A stretch of 58,293 bases of DNA. Source: Nemertoderma westbladi (lineage: Eukaryota > Animalia > Xenacoelomorpha). The position numbers and the translations under genes were made by a program. Every line of letters begins with the position of its first letter. The first letter of the stretch is position 1. Under the pieces are notes generated by a model. It had not been told where the DNA came from. It did not search any database and saw nothing but the letters and a program-made list of their open reading frames with translations. Positions 12,566 through 23,733 of this stretch are shown here, in pieces. The stretch covers positions 1 through 58,293 of the forward strand of contig JAUCBJ010007757.1 in assembly GCA_032718475.1 (NCBI GenBank), written 5' to 3'.

Positions 12566-12571
12566 CTCCGA

Positions 12572-15500
12572 GCAATCAATATAACTGGGCTAATAAATCC
12601 CAATGGATCGAAATAAGTGCTCAGGATACTTAGACAAATCCGTTTAGTCCGAACTGGATTATCTCGCTGTTTTAGTTGGAAAAACAGGATGTCTCTTTCG
12701 GTGTCCCATTTCAAACCAAGGGTTTTAGTCTCTGGGAGATCATCCTTTATTAGATCTAGGTCTTTTGCTCCTCGATCTTCTACCGGGATCGACTCCAGAA
12801 ACTCACGGGAGTTGCTGGTGAATTTAGTTAATCGAAATCCACCTTTCTTTAAGCACTCTACCGTTCCTTTAGCGACCTCAATGGCTTCTGCGACTGATGG
12901 AAGGGACTTTAGATTATCGTCCATGTAGATGTCTCTCTTGATGTTGTCAATCACCTCTTTAGAGAAGGCGTCTCGGTTGTCATCCGCAGTAGTACGCACC
13001 ACGGAACAGGCGTTTGAAGGGCTCGAGATTATCCCAAAAGCCTGGATGGTCATCCAGTACTCCACCGGTTTCTGGTTGAGGTCTCCTTCAGGCCACCACA
13101 GAAATCGTAGGCTATCTCGATCCCTATCCAGCGCTTTGACTTGTAAGAACATGCCTTCTATATCTGAGGCGAAAGCAATGGAATATTGTCTTAATCTTAA
13201 TAGTATTCCCAACAAGGATTGGAGTAAGTTGGGTCCGGGTAACAATTCAGAATTAAGAGATTGGCCCATATAGAGGGCGGAGCCATCAAACACCACTCGT
13301 ACTTCATGGGGTTTACCGGGTTTGGGAACATAATGGTGAGTTAAATAATACGTTCTCTCAGTTATAGGTGTTTCTTCCGGTACTAGCTCCGCATATCCTT
13401 TGCTAATAAACTTCTTCAACTGCGTTTTATACATTTCTTTAGCTGAAGAGTTTGCCGTAAGGCGTCGATGTAGTTGAGCAATTCTTTTTTCCGCCAAGGG
13501 TCTGTTGTTAATGAACTTTGGTTCTCGCTTTCGGAAAGGAAGACCGATCTCATATCTACCTTGATCTTTAAGAAAGCGAGTAGTTGTCGCTTGGATCTGC
13601 TTGGCTCTTTCTTCCTCCACCGATAGGGCCTTATCGTAGGAGTTGGGCTCTACAGCCTCTTGAGTAAAGAATCTCACGGCGTGTTCATCCCGAGTCTTGG
13701 CATTATAACGTTCAATGACGTCATTAAGCTCGTCGTTATAGTCGTCTCGCTCTGATGGAAGAAGGAGTTGACATAAGTTCACTTGGTTTTGCCAAGTCTC
13801 GTTTTCCTTAAGGAGATCGATGGCATTCTCCTCATCGAAGAGTTGGTGTATATCGTCGTTGTCTGAGGAGTATGGAGTTCCCTCAGTTGGATCGTCTAAC
13901 TCACTGTTCTCAACTTCCCATTCTCGCACTTGATATACCTGATCTCTCGGTAATCTTTCCATGAGAGTTCTACGGGAAGGGCCAGTAAAGTACCAACCCA
14001 CTCTAGTTCTTACCGCATAAGGTTGTAATGGTTGCGGTTGAGCGGGCCGTTTCTCCAATGTCTCTAGCGCTTCATGCGCGTTTTGACTGATGAGTATTTG
14101 CACTCCAGGGTAATCGGTGTCGAATCTAGGTATTTCCAGCTGCTGGGTGAAATCATCCTCGTCCCAGTTATAAGGTTCCACTTGGGTGGTAGCGAAGTTC
14201 TTTATCGTCACCATTTTCACTGACCTTATGCTATGTTCTCCTAGTTCATCCTGGGGGGTGGACAACGCACCTACATAATAATCCGCTGTTACTGTAGATT
14301 TCCAAACCTGCATAATTCCTGACATGTTTAGCTTAGTTTGGAACTTGGGTTGTCCAGCAAATATGTCTTCGGCTAGTTCTTTGTCGATGAATGTTCCTGT
14401 ACTACCAGAGTCAAGGAGGGCATTCACTACATAACTCCTTTTAGGTCCGTGGACCCTTACCTGTACCACAGGAAATTCTCGGATCCCTACATTGGAAGTT
14501 GGCGCTTTCCAAGATGGTTGTCGATCAGAAGTAGTTAGAGTGAGGTCACTGTCTGTATCTTTTTCATACGTGAGTGCTCGATACACTGCGGTATTTATCA
14601 TGTAACAGGATTCGTTTTCGTCGGAGAACTCGTCCGTATAGAATCCTTCTATCTCAGATTGATCAGTGTCGTTCACATCACTGAATTGGACATGTAGTTC
14701 GGAATCACTTACCTGACTCGGACTATTTCGCTCGAATTCAGTGTGCAACAAGATATGATGTTTCGCACCGCACTTTGCACACCTTGTGTCGGAGTAACAG
14801 GTTCGTCGTTGGTGTCCTTGTCTGAGGCAATTATAACATAACCGCTTATCCCACATGACTTCCCGTCTCTCCGTTAATGATTTCTTCAGGAATTCATCAC
14901 ACATATTTAAGCGGTGGGTCCCGTCACATAGCGCACATTTCGGTTTGATGTCACTTACCTTATTTTGAATAACATTGTGCACACTCGTTCTTTCTTCGGG
15001 CTTTCTCACCTGAATTCTCTTGGGAGACGTAGGAGGAGTTTTTCTTACCTGTTCTCTCCTGTCATTGGTTCGAGACTTGAATTTACTTACCTGATCTTTA
15101 GGCATTTTATTGACATAATACGATCTTTCAGTGTCTTTCCCGCTATCCTCTCCTTGAGAAGTCTGGCTTTCGCCGTCGTCAGTATAACACACTGGTGTTA
15201 CTTTTCTCCTAGAGACGGGTTTCTCACTTACCTTGTTTTCCGGTGTCTTCTCTCTGGACTGTTTTAGGAGTTGTAATTTCACTTCTCCATCTAAGAATGA
15301 CATGAGATCAGCCATGGTAGGGTCTCGTCGTTGTTGTTCCATCATATATAACACCTTCTTATCCCAGCGTGTACCTACTCCACCCTTCGGCAAAGTAGAA
15401 GCCACGGCTCCAATCACCATAGAACTCTGATATTCATGAGACTTACCTAGCCAATCTAATTGTCTACAGATCTCTTGAATCTCATCGGAAAACTCTATTA

Positions 15501-15849
15501 TCCCGCTGCTAATGAACTTTCGGGGCGCTACTAATTTTGCATACAAATATTTAGCTATGTTATTCCTATTACCATACCTGATGTTTAGTGTATCCCAAAC
15601 TTGTCTTAATCCGTCTGGATGTCCAATAAACTTTAACGCCATTAACTTGGGAGATCCTTCCAAGCACTCGATGAGGAATCTAAGTTTCTCTCCATTAGAT
15701 AGTACAGAGTTCTGTATGTTATCTTTATAATATTTATTAAAAGGTAACCATTTCATCTCATCTCCATTGAACTTGACTATCTCTCCCACCTTTACCGCTT
15801 GCCGGGCTTCGGTTCTAGCCATTTGACGCGTAAAACTTTCTTGGGCCAT
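12572..15849 (-). CDS. BEL/Pao gag-protease-RT (single frame, interrupted after RT)
   Basis: DUF1759-like KFNGDEMKWLPF, three Cys/His knuckles (CALCDGTH, CYNCLRQGH, CAKCGAKHH), protease LLDSGS, RT YYLTHH, RVVFDGS, YMDD. Confidence 0.95.
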
Positions 15850-16079
15850 CGTGTTATTTAATATCGAGTTATCGGTATATAAATTTCTCGGATTATGATC
15901 AGGTCTATAGGGAATATCATTATCAACAGGTCTATAATTACCCTTAATGCCGAGCAGCCCTGATGTAGTACCGGAGTTAGTTTAACTATAACGGTATGTA
16001 TAACAAACACAATTACTGTAGGAATAAACTTGGGGAATGAATGTTGCGAATAATAGCATAAACTCTGTATAATAAATAT

Positions 16080-16650
16080 TACGCTACGCGTACAAACCAC
16101 TCAAACAAAATGCAGACCAAACACTGACAGACTACTATCAAACCTAAACAAACTACGGTATATGCAGACTCCGAAATGGTTAGTTAGTATGCGTTCTAAC
16201 CTAGTAGTACGACTTATTCTTTCACAGGGGGTTTACCTCACAGCACTGGAAGCCCCTACTTTCCCAACTGGCACTTTATCGGACATACACTCTACACACA
16301 CCGAAATTTCCTCAGACCCAACAACAGCCAGACAACTATCCAGCCTACAAATTATCTAAATAAGAGTTATACGCTACCTGTATAGATTACACCAACAAAG
16401 TACAGACCAAACGCTGGCAGACTACTATCAAGCCTAAATACACTACAGTATATGCAGACTCCGAAATGATTAGTTAGTATGCGTTCTAACCTAGTAGTAC
16501 GACTTATTCTTTCACAGGGGGTTTACCTCATAGCAATTGAAGCCCCTACTTTCCTAACTAGCACTTTATCGGACAGATGCTCTACACACACTGCAATCCA
16601 TTCAGACTTAACAACAGTCAGACAACTATCCAGCCTATAAATTATCTGTA
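16080..16650 (-). repeat. Two ~290-bp tandem units in the retrotransposon 5' leader
   Basis: cagactactatcaa...tatgcagactccgaaatg...gaagcccctactt occurs twice; same unit as 34989-35539. Confidence 0.88.
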
Positions 16651-16953
16651 CAATCTGAGCAGGCTTACATGCCTTCTGCTCAATACTGGCCTACAAATAA
16701 ATAAAACTTGACAGAAATAAGTAAGCTCAAAAAGAAACAAGGGGTGTACAGTCCCTAATCTCTTAAACAGCCTACCGGTATACAATACCACAATCGAATA
16801 ATACTGCTGTACTTGTACTGCTGTAGGTACTGGTCCGGATGATCAGGCAGTCAGGCCTACTGGTTACCGGTCGACTGGTACTTTCGACTTGATTGCTTAC
16901 ACCGCAATCTAGAAGCTATATCTATTATTGTTTCTAGATTGAATATCTATTAT

Positions 16954-18135
16954 TGTTTGCGCTTTTAAGACCTTTGGCAGTTTAACCTACCAAATTGGGA
17001 TGTCTTTTAGATGATAGATAGTCTTTAGCCTATGACGAGTATTTGATACACTACATTAGCCGAAGCCAGTCTGTGCGCAATCATTCACCCGCTGGATATA
17101 CCCAGGAGACTGAATTCGGAAGCTTAACTTGATTGATGGTGTAAGCCTACTGTATTATTCGACTGATTGTAATATATAATCTCTGACAAATATTATTCAC
17201 TTTCGGGAAATATTAACAGTTCCTTTAGGACGTGGCGCTCTAAATATATAAACAGAGTTATGACTTAAACTAGACACAACGAAAAGGCTATAGATTCACG
17301 TATATGGCGCATTCTTTAGGAGATGCTTTATTATCAATCACCGTCATACACAATGCTGCACAATGCTGCACACCAATCTGCCGACCTTCACTAATTTTAG
17401 TCACATACAAAGAGAATAACCGACAATACATGTAGGGCCTATAAAATAGCATTAGATTCACTTCAAACCACTTAACATAGGTCGCAATCGTTTATATGTA
17501 ACCAGTCTCTCTAACCTTTAGTATATCAAGAAGATCGGGGTGTCTGACTATTGATCAGTATTCCAATATAATGTTTCATCAACAAATATAATGAATAACC
17601 GACAGTAAAAACAGCAATGTTAAGTAAGATATGTATGATTTATAAGTGCATAAGTGCGATAAGTTCGTGAGACAGTGCGAGCGTTTGTGCGTTAATAGAT
17701 ATACGTTCTATAATTAAGCCTACTAATGTTAAGCTAAAGACTGAAACACGGAGGTGCCAAAAGCCGGTGTTCTTAGGCTCTAGGCAAAAACACAACACTG
17801 AATTCATGAGTTTCTGTATCCAACCTCCAACACAGAGTCAAAAAACGCTCTGATTGGTCGACCGAACAAAGAGAGAACAAAGAAACAAAGAGATGTTCGA
17901 CGTGGCAATATCAGCTGTTAGCCGTCGTCATGGTAGCGACACTGTTTTCAAGAGGATCCAGCTATTGCGTCACAAAATTGCGGATTATGTCCTCTAAAGT
18001 ACACATACAGAAGAAATGACTTTTATGTCCTCTAAAACACCAGTACAGTAGGGACACGGCCTTTTATGCCTGATAAACTAACTACAGAGTACTTTACGGG
18101 GAAAATAACCGGCTAATTACGCAAAAGCTTTTACA
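16954..18135 (-). repeat. 5' LTR of the minus-strand copy
   Basis: On the minus strand it starts tgtaaaagcttttgcg and ends gcgcaaaca. Confidence 0.93.
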
Positions 18136-18137
18136 TA

Positions 18138-18842
18138 GTGTTACCCGAACAATTAGTCGGTGGCACTCCGGTAGTGGGCTCCCTAAATATTCGCCAATCC
18201 TACCTAGCCGGATTGGGACGCGGACATTTAATATCGCCATTCAACCCGTATAATCGTCCCGGTTTAACCCCGATACAACCCGTCACCGAAGTGGAGGAGA
18301 GCATTGTACGAAACGCGTTAGACGCTATTCGGCAAAAGATCGGAATAGGAACCTACGATTGTTTAGATAAACGTAAATTGCAGCAGCAAGTCCAAGCGGT
18401 AAAATAATTATCTTTACCTCAGTTCGATCGAGAAATCCAGAATCTCGAGGAGGACATCGAACTTGGACGAACCTATTCTCTGCAAGAGTTTTTGGACGAA
18501 CGCTTCCAACGACAAGCGGAGGAAAATCAGCTGGAGGAGAAGCATATCGAAATGGACGAGAGAGAAGAAGCAGCTTTAGCCCAGCCAGAAGCTCAAATCC
18601 TTATGACTGATCTCTATTCCAAAACCATCATTCATCCCTCGATGGTTCCCCATTTCGGAGATAAACTCTTCACCACGGTACAACTCCAACCGGTTGATAT
18701 CAACTTAAGATCTAGAGATCTTATCGCTGACGCTCCTATGTTACAACGTCCGCCAATCGAGGCTGCTCATGTCGACAGTATACTCGTTGAACCTCCGGAC
18801 AATCGAGCGGATCTTGTCCGTCGTATGGTACATGAGGTCAAC
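18138..18842 (+). pseudogene. Unknown ORF in the 3' internal region of another plus-strand copy (one in-frame stop; resumes after the P-like insertion at 21191)
   Basis: ORFs 18138-18407 and 18492.. share a frame across one TAA; the frame continues (VN|LRARPLPNSFYG) once 18843-21190 is removed. Confidence 0.6.
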
Positions 18843-21183
18843 CATGACCTACTAAACCACGACCTGCCAAGCTGCAGCAGGACCACTAAATTAGTGGGCC
18901 GATTGATTTTTAGATGGATAAATGGGAATAAGTATATATAACATAGAATTGGCACCTCCAATGTCAACTGACAAGTTTCAAGAAGTATAATGTTGCTAAT
19001 TAGGAAAAGTGTAATGTATTGAATTTATAAAATAATCGGTGCTTTCCTGTAACCCACCCCCCCCCCCCCCCCCCCCATCTGATGTTAAATTCCTTTCCTG
19101 ATGTTAAAACTATGCTGTTATTGACAGCATTGTGTGTTAAGTAGCACTTTTTCACAGCATTTATGGCATTGAGTGATTTTTTCATGAACGAGCAAAGCGA
19201 GCAAGTGCAAGCAATAAAGAAAACGAGGATTGTATGATGAATATAAATCACTTCTTACAAAACTCATAACAATATAAACATAAACACAAATGATTTTTCG
19301 AATATAAACTATTGACAATTATAATTATTATTGACATTGACATTGTATTACTATAACTATAAGTCCTTAATCGACTAATACTGCTAATAATCGACTCATT
19401 GTCATCCTTATGAATTCGGCAGAAGTTTAGTAGTTCAGAAATCATTGTTGTAGAATTCAATTGACAGTTATGAACAAATCGCAACCAACTTGGTAGAGTC
19501 AAAGGAATTCCATTATAGGATAATCTAACATTTAAGTTGTTACTGATGTTTAACGTTTCAGAAATAGTTGGTATACCACTTACTATATTCAGTTTAAAGA
19601 TTGTCAATGACTCAATGTCCGCTTTAACTTCATATCCAGTGAGTTCGATAGGCTTTGTTGCAATGTATTTATGCAGTTGTTCAAGGGATGAAATACGAGT
19701 TCGTTTTGTAAACTCCTCTAATTCGTCTGGTTGGAATAAACGCTTAATTGGTTGTTTCCTAATAGGTGTAACTTGTTTGGCAGCCCAACTAGGAACACTC
19801 TGAGGATAAATACTTGGGTATGCTTCCTTCTTAAGAGTTGGCCTTAAGGTATTTCTATTAATGAACTCATTTTCAAAGTGAAGTATACAAACTTTGGAGC
19901 TACTGGATGGAGTCCAAGGTGAGGATAATGTATTCTCAGAACGGTTTGACATAAACTGTAGCCATGTGTGATAAACCGGAGATGATGATTGCGGAAAACT
20001 AAACATGGATGGTGTAGGACTGGCGGTGGTTGAACTAGTCGACTGTGATGCATATCCTGACTTGCAACCATAAACACAGCATTTCCCAACCATTATAATA
20101 ATAGTTAGTATATACAGTATATATATGCACCTCCAAACCATTATCAATAATCAATATCAGTAATCAATATTTATATATCCAGGTCAAATATGACTACCAA
20201 ATGCAAATACAGAAATAGCCTATACTATTTTGGCCTACCGAAATATGACCTACCATTTACATAAAGGGGAATGTCACGATTTGGGTACCTTCAAATTCAA
20301 CACAAAATGCAGAAGTATTTACCATTACTGGCCCTAGGGGAGGGGCCTTATGTTTAATTTTGTAAATTGTAAATTTGTACAAACTTATTAAATTAATAAA
20401 AATTTAGTATTTTGTATTGCTGTATGGCAGATGGTAATTGCAATTGTAGGTAGGGCCTACCCGAAACCGAAACGTGACTGTTCCACATAGAGAAATAAAT
20501 ACCATACCACATAAAGAAATAAATATAAGGTTCTACAGTAATGCATTTTAGTCATACATTTAGACTTACATCAGTACATATTGTGCGCGCCGCAATGCAG
20601 TTAAACCTGTCTGCCTGTAGGTGGTAGGCCTAAGTATTCCAGTCAGGCTGGGGGCTGGGGGCTGGGGGCTGGAGGTCCTACCTGGTTATGCTTTGAAAAG
20701 TCGCCTACCTCCTGACCTCAGCTTGCAGCTAGTCGGCCAGTAGGCAGTAGGTAGAAATACTTTTAATTTGGAACACTAGGGCCCTAAGGCAGTACCAAGT
20801 ACCAGTCTGCTGGTCCTGCAGTCCTGGTAGGTAGGTAGTGGCGAAAATGACTGAGTAGTGTACTGCATACTGGTGTACTCTGGTACTGCTGCTGTACTGT
20901 ATGGCAGTATGGTAATGTATACATACAGATAGCTGTATCCTGTATGGATAGTGGATAGGGAACAGTCTGGTGACAAACCTGAGGTCTACAGGACCGGTAT
21001 TGGTTTATTACCAGATTACTGTAGGCCATAGCTAATTAATGAATCAATTATAATAATAATTACCGGTATTTATTCCCTAACATTATCATACCTGGAAGGC
21101 AAGCTATATTTAAATTTTAAAAACCGGCCCACTAATTTCGGGGGGCTGCTGCAGCTTGGCAGGTCGTACTTTAGTAGGTCATG
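18843..21183 (-). mobile_element. P-superfamily-like non-autonomous DNA transposon, 2341 bp
   Basis: Imperfect ~60-bp TIRs catgacctactaaa...tttagtaggtcatg, 7-bp TSD ggtcaac, THAP ORF. Confidence 0.88.
19248..20093 (-). CDS. THAP-domain protein (truncated P-type transposase N-terminus)
   Basis: MVGKCCVYGC...FSFP...W...VCILHF...LKKEAYPSI matches the C2CH THAP signature plus an AVPTIF-like box. No catalytic core seen. Confidence 0.85.
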   Translation of the reverse strand: MVGKCCVYGCKSGYASQSTSSTTASPTPSMFSFPQSSSPVYHTWLQFMSNRSENTLSSPWTPSSSSKVCILHFENEFINRNTLRPTLKKEAYPSIYPQSVPSWAAKQVTPIRKQPIKRLFQPDELEEFTKRTRISSLEQLHKYIATKPIELTGYEVKADIESLTIFKLNIVSGIPTISETLNISNNLNVRLSYNGIPLTLPSWLRFVHNCQLNSTTMISELLNFCRIHKDDNESIISSISRLRTYSYSNTMSMSIIIIIVNSLYSKNHLCLCLYCYEFCKK

Positions 21184-21324
21184 GGTCAACCTACGTGCTA
21201 GACCTTTACCGAACTCATTTTATGGGATCAAAGACCACCCCTATTATGTCAATTTAACTCAATATTATATGGTGAAACCAGAAGATCCTACATACAGTTT
21301 AAAGTTTCTACCATTGATAAATCC

Positions 21325-21792
21325 CATGGTGATTTGTTCATAAACTCGCATCTGGAGTTACAAGAAGTTCATAGACGACCATATGAATATAAAGCCAGGG
21401 AACGCGAGTTGGAAAGAACCATCAAACCGAGGAAATTTCTTACTACTCACGGTCCACTTACCGCTCTCGTGCAAACGACCCGTCAGGGACCAGCAAGAGC
21501 TGCTGTCTTGAAACGCGCTCTAAAGGTTGTTCAACCTCGTTCCACTGAGGTTGATATTGATCAACCGGGTACCTCGACCGGCGGATACACCGACCGTAAC
21601 CCTAAACCTTCCCATGCAATTGTATTGCACCCCTCACCCAGGAGTTATAGCCCTCCTAGTAAAGTGGCTCGCCCCAAAGAGAAAAGGACTCTTGCTAGCC
21701 TCAAAAAACTGCGTAAACGCCGTTCATGTAAGATGGACAAATTGTTTAGAGTATTTTTATATTTTAGAAACTGTGATTTTTATATTTTATAG
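21325..21792 (+). pseudogene. C-terminal fragment of the retrotransposon accessory ORF (homolog of ~55815-56230)
   Basis: GDLFINSH.ELQEV.RRPYEY.ARERELERTIKPRKFLTTHGP is shared with the 591-aa ORF. Confidence 0.9.
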
Positions 21793-21818
21793 AATTAAAT
21801 TCCATTTTCTGGGAGCGG

Positions 21819-22953
21819 TGTAAAAGCTTTTGCGGACATAACAAGTCATTTTTCCCCGCAATGTACCGTGTAGGTGCTTTAGCGGACATAACAAGTCATT
21901 TTTGCCGCAATGCGCCTAATACTCTAAAAGACTGGAGCTCAGATGACGAAATCTGTCAGCTGATTTTCTGTAAACGTGGAACCTCTTTGTTCTGCTCAGC
22001 CAATCAGAGCGATTTTCACTTTATGTTGAACAAGGGCCTATGAAAAACAGCGCAATGCCTTACGGTCTTTGTTTACCTTTCTGAGCCAGAAAACCGGCTT
22101 AGAGTTCTTCTGCACTTATGTTTCGGAAATTTCAGACTTTGGCCTAAAGATCTGATGGCTTTGATTACAAGAACGTAAATCTATTATCTGCAACGCATTA
22201 CTGGCTGCATTTACCTGACGAACTGATTGAACTCAATGCATTACGTAACACATACTGATTGTTCACCGCATTATTTTGCTTCTGTTATTAATTGTTGTTA
22301 TCTGTTGATGTATATTGCTGATATATTTGGAGAATACCGATGAATAATCATAAAACCCCCAATCTTCTTGATTACTGAAGGTTAGAGTAACAGGTTACCG
22401 GTAGAAACTGCGACTTACATTATAGTGGTTTTTGTGTGAATTAAATGCTATTTCATAATCCCTACAAGTGTCAGTTGCGATCTTCCTTATATATGATCAA
22501 ATTCAGTGACGGTCGGCAGATCAGTGTGTATTAGTGTGCAGTAGTGTGAAGTCGTGTGAAGTAGTGTGACAGATAATAAAGCATCTCCTAAAGAATGCGC
22601 TATTTACGAAACTCATTAGCCATCTAGTTGTGATTAGTATAAGTCATAACTCTGTTTTTATACTTAAAGTGCCACGTCCTAAAGGAACTGTTAATATTTA
22701 CCGAAAGTAAATATATTTGTCAGAGATTATATAGTAACGATCAATCGAATAATACAGTAGGTCTGCACAGCAATAACTTCAAAGCATCCGAATCCAGTCT
22801 CCCTTAACTGTGGGTGAATGATCGCGCACAGACTGGCTTCGGCAGATGTAACTTTAGTACATTAAATAATTGGTCTAGGCTAAAGTCGATTTATAAACAA
22901 GAAGACAACTAAAATTGGCAGGTTAAACTGCTAAAGGTCTGAAAGCGCGAACA
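21819..22953 (+). repeat. 3' LTR of a further plus-strand copy, preceded by PPT gggagcgg
   Basis: tgtaaaagcttttgcgg...gaaagcgcgaaca; upstream context nearly identical to 56230-56308. Confidence 0.92.
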
Positions 22954-23151
22954 GTACTGTACCAGTAGCTAGTTTAATCAAATTTGTGGTTTGATTATTT
23001 GATTAACGTTCTGGAGTATCATCTTCATTCACAAAGTATAGCTAGTAATTAATAGATATAGTATTATTTAATTACACAATTAACCTCAAAGATAACTTTA
23101 TTACTTTAAACTTCTAATTTAGAGAGAATATTTTAAAGAAAACAAATTCTT

Positions 23152-23312
23152 TTACAAACGAAATTATTTGTTGTCCTCCTTATAACCCGCATTTCCTAGA
23201 AATAGTGAAGCATTTTTTCCTCGGCCTTCCGCCTCAAAAAAATATGCTTTAACTATTCCTCGAAAATGAGGATTATAAAGTCAGATAAAAAAAATTTACT
23301 TTCGTTTTGTAA
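23152..23312. mobile_element. Degenerate palindromic MITE-like element
   Basis: ttacaaacgaaa...tttcgttttgtaa arms around a GC-rich centre cctcggccttccgcctc. Confidence 0.55.
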
Positions 23313-23400
23313 TATAAATTATTATTACAAGATTAAATTTATCGAAATTAAAAGCACAATTATGTAATTTATGATTGGCGGTTCAGTTAAGATTTCCGTC

Positions 23401-23413
23401 GTTGCTAGGCAAA
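23401..23413 (+). promoter_or_regulatory. RFX X-box-like motif upstream of the TTC29-like gene
   Basis: gttgctaggcaaa is one mismatch from GTTGCTAGGCAAC and lies ~330 bp upstream of a ciliary gene; adjacent ataaaca (FOX-like) and attgg. Confidence 0.6.
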
Positions 23414-23733
23414 GGATAAACAGGTAGCATAGCTACATACAACGCTGGCTGATTTTCCCGAAGGGTAGTACCAGGCCGTGGTAGTTAGTACCTTCTACAT
23501 CACCACACATACATTGTTATTGTTAACATTTAGTAGGAAGGCATATATTAATAAATTTGGTAAAAAAATCCACCTCCACCTACATATAGAAACAAAAAGT
23601 AAACCAAGGCCTATATTAAAAAGGTACCGGTAGGCCCTTTGTAACAAACCTGCAGCTGCAACTCGGCAGAAGTGTGTATTGCATGAACTTTCTCTTTCTG
23701 TGGAAAATTCGAACGAGTAGCACTGGATAAACC

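Larger units (their letters stand above)
1161..18135 (-). mobile_element. BEL/Pao LTR retrotransposon, large family, minus-strand copy (internally deleted, interrupted by a Maverick; 3' end outside the window)
   Basis: 5' LTR at 16954-18135, then leader, gag-pol and post-pol sequence, all matching the reverse complement of parts of 33531-52500. Confidence 0.93.

Noticed and set aside
15925-15970. Deletion as a spliced-out intron
   Set aside because: A donor-like gtaggt follows the left breakpoint, but there is no AG before the right breakpoint (ccct|attaag).
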